A stretch of DNA of 31,090 bases from a virus. Its lineage: Duplodnaviria; Caudoviricetes. Where the stretch lies: IMG/VR virus record IMGVR_UViG_3300048080_000141, positions 1 to 31,090 of that record; one strand, given 5' to 3'. A program made the translations under genes and the position numbers. Shown here one piece after another: positions 9,330 to 15,402 of the stretch (position 1 is the first letter of the stretch; each line of letters opens with the position of its first letter). Below the pieces are notes generated by a model that made no database searches, had not been told where the DNA came from, and saw nothing but the letters and a program-made list of their open reading frames with translations.

Positions 9330-9952
9330 GCCAGGTCATCACCTTCCGCGATTACACGCCGGCTCGTCGCTTCGACGGCAATCCCTGGACGGACGTACGT
9401 ATCGAGGAGGGAGTCGCCGCAATCGGGCCGTGGACGACAATCGAGACGATCGCGATCTCCCCTCTCGATGCTGATCCCCAGTTTCCTGCTTCGCGCTCGT
9501 TCACGACCGAGAACGCCTCGGACACGCTCGCGCTCTGGTATCGGCTCGTCTTCGTCGACGGGACGGGGGACGAGGAGCAGCCGACCCTCCCCGTACAGAA
9601 TCTCCCTGGGGCGACGTCTTACGCGAGTGTCAACGAGCTCGCCCGGATCCTGAAGATCCGCTCGCTAAGCACGGAGCAGTGGACAGCGATGGAGCGCGTG
9701 CTGATCGCCGCCGCCGGAGAGATCGACGCCGAGATTGATCTCGCCGTTGACGCCACGTTGTCGGCCGCGCAGCTCGAGCTCGCCTCCGAGGTAAACCTCG
9801 AGCGCGCGGTGGAGCACTGGCGCCAGCAGGAGTCTCCCTTCGGCCTTGTCGGGCTCGGTCCCGAGATGGGATCATCGTTCACTGCTCGCGACTCCTGGGA
9901 ACGGCACGCGCACAAGCTCGCGCCGTTGAAAGATCAGTGGGGCCTCGCGTAG
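9326..9952 (+). CDS. Head-tail adaptor with an extra N-terminal beta (Ig/Fn3-like) domain
   Basis: C-terminal half YASVNELARIL...RVLIAAAGEIDAEI resembles HK97 gp6/SPP1 gp15 adaptors; the N-terminal ~90 aa is beta-rich. Confidence 0.65.
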   Translation: MSQVITFRDYTPARRFDGNPWTDVRIEEGVAAIGPWTTIETIAISPLDADPQFPASRSFTTENASDTLALWYRLVFVDGTGDEEQPTLPVQNLPGATSYASVNELARILKIRSLSTEQWTAMERVLIAAAGEIDAEIDLAVDATLSAAQLELASEVNLERAVEHWRQQESPFGLVGLGPEMGSSFTARDSWERHAHKLAPLKDQWGLA

Positions 9953-10405
9953 ATGCCGACAACGATCCAGAACGCCGACATCCTGGACGAGATGGCGGCG
10001 CAGATCCGCGCGGCCGTAGTGGCAGTCACGGACGTGGACATTCAAGTCGAGCCGCGCATGGTCTTGAATCCCACGCCTCCCTGCATCGACATGTACCCCG
10101 GAGACGTGGCGCGGGACAGGGAGTCTGCTGCCTTCGATGACGACGGCGGCTACCTGTTCACGGTGCGAGCTCGCGTGCATACCGCAGACTCGCAGGCAGG
10201 CCAAGACCTACTCCTCGCGTTCATGGACGACGTGAACGCCCTGAGCGTCGGCCTTGCGCTCGTGGACGACACGACCCTGAACGGCAAGGTGGCGAGCCTC
10301 GACATTCGTGGGCAAACGGGGTACATGCTCTTTCCCGACCCTGGCGGCGAGGGTGCTCTGCTCGGATGTCTGTGGACAGTCCTTGTCTTGCCGGCGAGAA
10401 GCTGA
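9953..10405 (+). CDS. Tail terminator/completion protein
   Basis: 150 aa; NPTPPCID, AGQDLLLAFMD...SV..AL..D.TL.G pattern; position after the adaptor. Confidence 0.65.
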   Translation: MPTTIQNADILDEMAAQIRAAVVAVTDVDIQVEPRMVLNPTPPCIDMYPGDVARDRESAAFDDDGGYLFTVRARVHTADSQAGQDLLLAFMDDVNALSVGLALVDDTTLNGKVASLDIRGQTGYMLFPDPGGEGALLGCLWTVLVLPARS

Positions 10406-11100
10406 TGGCCGTACAGACCAAGACACCAATTCGCATAGAGGATGTGGCGCTTCTCTCGATCAGCCTGGAGCAAGGGGACACGGATCTCTCGGCATGCCAG
10501 GAGCTTCCTCTCTCGGAATACGACGGCACCTTCTACTCAACGACTATGCACCCACTCTCGATTGCCGTGCTCCTCGATACGGGCCATGAATACGAGATGG
10601 CCTGCTCGACCTGCGCTCGCCAGAACGCCCGCGCTGCCGTGAGAAGGGGTTATGAGTATCTACGCATCGACAGAGCGGAGTGGGAGGACGACCTGCACGC
10701 GATTCGTTCATCGGCTCCTATACGTCAGGGGCGAGCGATGCACCCCGCCTACATGATGCGTCAAACGTACTCATCCGATGTCTGGCCCGAGCCGCATTGC
10801 AAGCGGCATCTCGTGACCGTCCATGGTGTCGTCGGAACTGACGGCCACCTCGCTGCCTACATGCAACTCGTCCAGTGCGGCGAGATTGTGCGCGTGAACA
10901 CCATCCTCGGTCACTGGGACAAGCTGAAGGATCAGGTCGTGTGGCTGCTTGTCATGGAAGCGCTCAAATGGCACATCGACGAGTGCGGCGCTTCCTATGC
11001 CCTCTACTACACGCATGACTCAGGCCACGGGCCGGGGCTCAGGTACTTCAAGGAGCGGTTCGGATTCCGGCCGGCGTTCGCGAGTTGGGAGTTTTCGTGA
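10405..11100 (+). CDS. GNAT-fold FemAB/BioF2-like acyl- or aminoacyl-transferase
   Basis: RQNARAAVRRG and GLRYFKERFGF match the two FemABX-like signatures; start set at the TGATG overlap (10403-10407). Confidence 0.65.
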   Translation: MAVQTKTPIRIEDVALLSISLEQGDTDLSACQELPLSEYDGTFYSTTMHPLSIAVLLDTGHEYEMACSTCARQNARAAVRRGYEYLRIDRAEWEDDLHAIRSSAPIRQGRAMHPAYMMRQTYSSDVWPEPHCKRHLVTVHGVVGTDGHLAAYMQLVQCGEIVRVNTILGHWDKLKDQVVWLLVMEALKWHIDECGASYALYYTHDSGHGPGLRYFKERFGFRPAFASWEFS

Positions 11101-11588
11101 GTGCTGTGACCTACCCATCGCTTGAACACATCGCGATGCAGGCGCGACCGTATCCGGCGCATCTGCTCGAAGGCTGCGAGACCGGGCTCGTGCTGTTTGC
11201 GGCAGCATTCCTCGGCCACAACGACGCGATCCACTTCGCGGAGGCGGAGATCGAGGAAGTCTGGTGCGTTGACATCGACGCCATGCGGCTGGACGAGATG
11301 TGTCCGCTGTATCCGGCTCACTGGTCATTTCGTCATGCCGACGCATGGGAGTACGCCAGGATTCACAGTGAGGTCGGGAGTCAGTACGACGTTGTTTCGG
11401 CTGACACCTTCACCGGCCCCGCGATGCGCCGCTCACTCGACAGCCTTGATCTGTGGTGCTCGCTCGCGCGGAAGGTCGTCACGGTGACCTACACGTCCGG
11501 CGAGGCATACGAAGTGCCGGAAGGCTGGCGGGAATCCCTGTACGAGCGTGCCACCAACGTCTACTGGCTTGTCTTGGAGCGCGCGTGA
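11097..11588 (+). CDS. Divergent class I SAM-dependent transferase-like protein
   Basis: VWCVDID, ADAWEY and YDVVSAD motifs; glycine-rich loop degenerate (LFAAAFLG); GTGA overlap start. Confidence 0.55.
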   Translation: MSAVTYPSLEHIAMQARPYPAHLLEGCETGLVLFAAAFLGHNDAIHFAEAEIEEVWCVDIDAMRLDEMCPLYPAHWSFRHADAWEYARIHSEVGSQYDVVSADTFTGPAMRRSLDSLDLWCSLARKVVTVTYTSGEAYEVPEGWRESLYERATNVYWLVLERA

Positions 11589-12169
11589 CGGCGCTAGAGG
11601 CAACGTGGTACGACGAGGCACTCCCCGGCTCACGGGCGATGGCGCCGCTTGAGGAGGCTTCGGCGCTGCCTGTCTACGACGTGGCAGAGAAGCTTATCCC
11701 GGCGCTTCCGGTAATCGACCTTGGTTGTGGGACGGGACGCTTCGCCGAGCTCTTACGGCAGCGGCGGGATCTGAACCGCTACTACGGTTTCGACTTCGCT
11801 TCAAGCGTCGTGGCTGAAGCTGAGAGCTACTGCCGGGTAGTCGGCTTTACGTTTTCCGTCGCAGATATTCGTCAGTGGGAGCACGGCCCGAGCCTCCCCG
11901 ATGAGTGCTGCTACGTCCTGCTCGAAGTGCTAGAGCACCTGGACGACGACCGCGATGCGTTCATGCGGATCCCGCCGGGCCTGCCTGTCGTGTTCTCGGT
12001 GCCGAACTTCTGGTCCGAGTCACATGTTCGCCGTTTCCTTCAGCCGCGGCATGTGTTCGAGCGCTATGGCGACCTGCTCGACTTTGACGCCTGGCAGTCC
12101 GTCGCGTTCCCGATGCTAGGACGGCGGATCCATGTGTTTCGGGCTACGACGAGAGCGGAGCGGCTGTGA
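11585..12169 (+). CDS. Class I SAM-dependent methyltransferase
   Basis: VIDLGCGTG, YYGFDFA, LEVLEHL, VFSVPN; GTGA overlap start. Confidence 0.9.
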   Translation: MTALEATWYDEALPGSRAMAPLEEASALPVYDVAEKLIPALPVIDLGCGTGRFAELLRQRRDLNRYYGFDFASSVVAEAESYCRVVGFTFSVADIRQWEHGPSLPDECCYVLLEVLEHLDDDRDAFMRIPPGLPVVFSVPNFWSESHVRRFLQPRHVFERYGDLLDFDAWQSVAFPMLGRRIHVFRATTRAERL

Positions 12170-12894
12170 CTTTTACTGCCACAGACCTGGTCGAGCTCGA
12201 CGCGAAGCTCCTCTCGCGCGCCGAGCGTGTCGTTCCCATGCGCGATGTGTTCAAGGGTGATACGGCGCCGAACGTCATCGGCCTGCGCCACGATGTCGAT
12301 GACAACCCCGGCTCCTTCGATACCGCGCTCCACATGGCCGAGTGGGAGTTTGAGCATGGCTATTCGTCAACGTACTTCCTGCTTCACGGCTCCCACTACT
12401 GGCCGATGCTCATCGAAGTACCAAGGTTCGAGGAATTGGGACACGAGGTCGGCATTCATGTGAACGCGATCGCTGAGGGCCTTCGGCTCCGCTGCGATCC
12501 GCATGTGATTTTGGGGGAGGCCATCTCCGAGTTGCGCGCCACGGGTGTACGCGTAGTCGGTTGCGTCGCGCACGGAGACGCTCTCTGCCATCGCGCCCGG
12601 TTCGTGAATGATGAGATGTTCACCGAGACGCCGCGTCCCGGCTACGGGGCTCCTGATCGCCTTATCGAACACGAAGGAGTCATGTGCTCGTTGCAACCGA
12701 TGTCTCGTCAGAAGTACGGGCTCGAGTACGACGCGAACTGGCTCTCGCGCGGCGAGTATCTGTCGGACAGCGGGGGGCAGTGGTCGCAGCCCTTCGAGGA
12801 CGTCGCAGGGCGATTCGGTCAGGGACAGCTCCACATGCTCATTCATCCCGATTGGTGGGCGGAAGCTTTCGCTCCAGTGACGGTGAACATCTAA
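12166..12894 (+). CDS. Polysaccharide deacetylase-like protein (CE4/WbmS-like)
   Basis: LRHDVD, STYF, GHEVGIH, AHG, YLSDSGG.W and LIHPDWW motifs. Confidence 0.8.
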   Translation: MTFTATDLVELDAKLLSRAERVVPMRDVFKGDTAPNVIGLRHDVDDNPGSFDTALHMAEWEFEHGYSSTYFLLHGSHYWPMLIEVPRFEELGHEVGIHVNAIAEGLRLRCDPHVILGEAISELRATGVRVVGCVAHGDALCHRARFVNDEMFTETPRPGYGAPDRLIEHEGVMCSLQPMSRQKYGLEYDANWLSRGEYLSDSGGQWSQPFEDVAGRFGQGQLHMLIHPDWWAEAFAPVTVNI

Positions 12895-13653
12895 ATGCCC
12901 TCGCTCTGGTTCGTCGTCCCGGCGCATGGGCGGCTGTCACTCGCAGCGATCTGTCTACGGCAGCTTCGCCGGACCTGTGATGCGCTGAGCGCGGAGGGGA
13001 TCGAGGCGACGGCGGTCATCATCGCCGACGACGAGAATCTAGACACGGCACGCGAGCTTGGCTTCGGGACGATCGAGCGCGATAACCGTTTCCTCTCCCG
13101 CCGCTTCAACGACGGCATCCAGCTGGCCTGCGATCCGAGCTACAACCCGCGGCCCGCCGACTACGTCGTACCCTGCGGTTCGGATGACTGGGTCGATTAT
13201 CGGATCTTCCGCGAGCTTCCACCCGCTGACACCGTGCTCGGCTTTCAGCGCATCTCGTTTGTGCGCGAGGATGGCCTCGAGATCAGCTCTAGCAATGTCG
13301 ATTATGTCGGCGGCTGTGGGATCCGCGTTTATCCCAGGCAGATCATGGCGGTCGTCGATTATCGTCCGGCCGACGAGGATCGCGTCCGAGCATGTGACAC
13401 GAGCATTCTGACCAATGTGCGGCGGGCACACGGGCAGGCGCTGAACGTCGTGCATGCCGACATCGACTATCGGCAGATCGTGGATTGGAAGAGTCCTGAG
13501 GAGCAGCTCAACTCGTACCAAGCTGTGTCGCGCTGGCGTAGTAGGACGAGCGGCGACGATCCATTCCACGTGCTAGCCGATATCTTTCCCACTGAGTCTC
13601 TTCGCGAGATGGCGGCGCATTATGAGCGCGAGCGCGAGTTGGTTCCGGCATGA
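12895..13653 (+). CDS. GT-A fold glycosyltransferase (GT2-like)
   Basis: FVVPAHGR, VIIADD, LSRRFNDG, DYVVPCGSDD (DxD-equivalent). Confidence 0.8.
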   Translation: MPSLWFVVPAHGRLSLAAICLRQLRRTCDALSAEGIEATAVIIADDENLDTARELGFGTIERDNRFLSRRFNDGIQLACDPSYNPRPADYVVPCGSDDWVDYRIFRELPPADTVLGFQRISFVREDGLEISSSNVDYVGGCGIRVYPRQIMAVVDYRPADEDRVRACDTSILTNVRRAHGQALNVVHADIDYRQIVDWKSPEEQLNSYQAVSRWRSRTSGDDPFHVLADIFPTESLREMAAHYERERELVPA

Positions 13654-13895
13654 AGTTCGGGATGTATGAGGTCATGGGCTCCCGCAGCTACCGCGGTCAT
13701 GCACCCGGCACGACGTTTACAGCGCAGCTCGACCGTAACGCTCAGATTCGCGCGATGAACCGGGGCGACATCCGGCTTGTCGAGTGGATCGTCCCCGCGC
13801 TCAAACCGGGCAGCTTCATCTTTCCCGAAGGCTGGTTGTTACCCAGCCACGCACAGTCCGATCACCGAGGCGCTGAAAGGCGCCTCATTCATTGA
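13650..13895 (+). CDS. Small hypothetical protein preceding the tail tube gene
   Basis: ATGA overlap with the glycosyltransferase; YRGHAPGTTF...RGDIRLVE. Confidence 0.55.
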   Translation: MKFGMYEVMGSRSYRGHAPGTTFTAQLDRNAQIRAMNRGDIRLVEWIVPALKPGSFIFPEGWLLPSHAQSDHRGAERRLIH

Positions 13896-13910
13896 AAGGA
13901 GTAGTAGGCG

Positions 13911-14327
13911 ATGGCATACACGAAGAAAGTCGCTCGCCACGACAAGATCACGATCGACGCAACCGATGTATCGAACTCTTTCCGTGAGTTCGGCTTCTCG
14001 TCCGAGCACTCGGAGGAGGACGTGTCCGGCTTCTCCGTCTCCGGCGTCGATGAGTTCCTGCCCGGCTCGACCGCGCAGGGCTTCGCCGGTGATGCGTTTT
14101 ATACGGAGGAGCTCGCGGCGCTGGTCTATCCGCTGCACAAGAACAGGACGATCATCGAGATCACCTGGCAGCCGGACGGCTTGGTCGATGCGACCAGGGA
14201 GATCTACCGCGGCAACTGCACGATCAACCAGTTCGGCCCGACCGATACGCGGGGCTCGGTCAGCACCATGCCGTTCTCGGCACGGCCTGCTGACTCGACC
14301 GGCATCACGGTTGCCGACTTCACGTAA
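13911..14327 (+). CDS. Major tail (tube) protein
   Basis: Strong AAAGGAG RBS; ITIDATDVS...EDVSGF...EFLPG...YRGNCTI...RGSVST; followed by a hairpin and the chaperone. Confidence 0.8.
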   Translation: MAYTKKVARHDKITIDATDVSNSFREFGFSSEHSEEDVSGFSVSGVDEFLPGSTAQGFAGDAFYTEELAALVYPLHKNRTIIEITWQPDGLVDATREIYRGNCTINQFGPTDTRGSVSTMPFSARPADSTGITVADFT

Positions 14328-14361
14328 ACGAGCGGGCCTCGCCTCGGTGGGGCCATCTCGT
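14328..14361 (+). terminator. Hairpin after the tail tube gene
   Basis: ACGAG..GGCCTCGC / GTGGGGCC..CTCGT imperfect stem. Confidence 0.5.
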
Positions 14362-14390
14362 GCCAGTTTCAAACGAAAGGAGAATCAACC

Positions 14391-14936
14391 GTGGAACCGG
14401 AACCAACCGTGGAACCGGAAGAGAGCGGGTTTGTTATCGATGGCAAGGTGTACGAGATCCCGGGGCTCGACACCTTCACGATGGACGAAGCTCAGATCCT
14501 GTACGACTACGCGGGGCTTACGCTCGAGGACTTCGCTCCGGCGGATCCCGAGGGTTCCGAGGACGAGAAGGAAGAGCACGATACGGAGTTCGCCCGCAAG
14601 CTGAAGAACCCCGGCTTCCTGCGGACGCTCATGCACGTCGCCTATCAGCGAGGAAACCCCAAGGCGCCACGGGCTCGCGTAAAGGATCTCATCGGGAATG
14701 CGAACCTCGTCGAGGCTCTAGAACGCATCGGGGAGGCTGATGAGAGCCCCCCGGAGACGAGCTCCCAGAGCGAGCCCTCATCGCAGCCGCCTTCAAGCGA
14801 GCCCTCGAGGAGCGCGGATTCTGGGATTCCTTCACAGAGCGATTCGGACGAACCGGACGAGAGCCTCGAAGCTACTGGGACTACGAGATCGGACACATCC
14901 TCCCCTCCTGTGGCCCCGATCAGGTCGGTGGCTTGA
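14391..14936 (+). CDS. Tail assembly chaperone (gpG-like, 0-frame product)
   Basis: AAAGGAG RBS with GTG start; located after the tube gene; Ser/Pro/Glu low-complexity tail after ESPP. Confidence 0.75.
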   Translation: MEPEPTVEPEESGFVIDGKVYEIPGLDTFTMDEAQILYDYAGLTLEDFAPADPEGSEDEKEEHDTEFARKLKNPGFLRTLMHVAYQRGNPKAPRARVKDLIGNANLVEALERIGEADESPPETSSQSEPSSQPPSSEPSRSADSGIPSQSDSDEPDESLEATGTTRSDTSSPPVAPIRSVA

Positions 14937-15004
14937 GACCCACTGACCTCTTAGGCGCTGCCCTTCTCTTCGACGCGCTCTACCGTTCTAGCGGCGACGA
15001 CTGA
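14744..15004 (+). CDS. -1 frame extension of the chaperone (gpT-like part of gpGT); absent from the ORF track
   Basis: Frame opens after TGATGA (14738-14743), reads PGDELPERALIAAAFKRALEERGFWDSFTERF...LLFDALYRSSGDD and ends in a TGATG overlap with the next gene. Confidence 0.7.
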   Translation, partial: EPPGDELPERALIAAAFKRALEERGFWDSFTERFGRTGREPRSYWDYEIGHILPSCGPDQVGGLRPTDLLGAALLFDALYRSSGDD

Positions 15005-15402
15005 TGCCGGCAACGAGTGCCGTGCGGGTCAAGGGCCTGCGGGAACTTCAGCGTGCCTTCTCCGTCGCCGACAAGAAGCTCGCGAAGGAACTCCGCTCGC
15101 GGCTACGCGATGTCGCGGAGCCTGTACGCGCTGATGCGGAGCGTCTTGCAGTTCAAGAGATCAGGAACATTGGGATCCCCTGGTCACGGATGAGGGTTGG
15201 GATCACTCGGTCACTCGTGTACGTGGCTCCGGTCGAACGCGGCGTGAAGAGCAAAGGGCGAGCTTCAAGACGTCGGCCGAACCTCGCCGACTTGCTGATG
15301 GGTCGCGCCATGAGCCCCGCGCTTGAGGCGAATGAGGGTCGTGTCCTGCATGAGCTAGAGGACGTTCTCGACGATGTCGGTCGTGCCTGGGAGCGGGTGT
15401 AG
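15004..15402 (+). CDS. HK97 gp10-like protein
   Basis: VRVKGLRELQRAF N-terminus; basic; MSPALEANE C-terminal motif. Confidence 0.65.
   Translation: MPATSAVRVKGLRELQRAFSVADKKLAKELRSRLRDVAEPVRADAERLAVQEIRNIGIPWSRMRVGITRSLVYVAPVERGVKSKGRASRRRPNLADLLMGRAMSPALEANEGRVLHELEDVLDDVGRAWERV

Noticed and set aside
10405-13653. DNA hypermodification or host serotype-conversion cassette as the primary reading
   Set aside because: No nucleotide-pathway genes, no membrane GtrA/GtrB-like components, and the genes sit in the late virion operon; not excluded experimentally
14740-14946. 68-aa +1 frame ORF as the chaperone frameshift partner
   Set aside because: Arg/Pro-rich and not coupled to the next gene; the -1 frame fits much better
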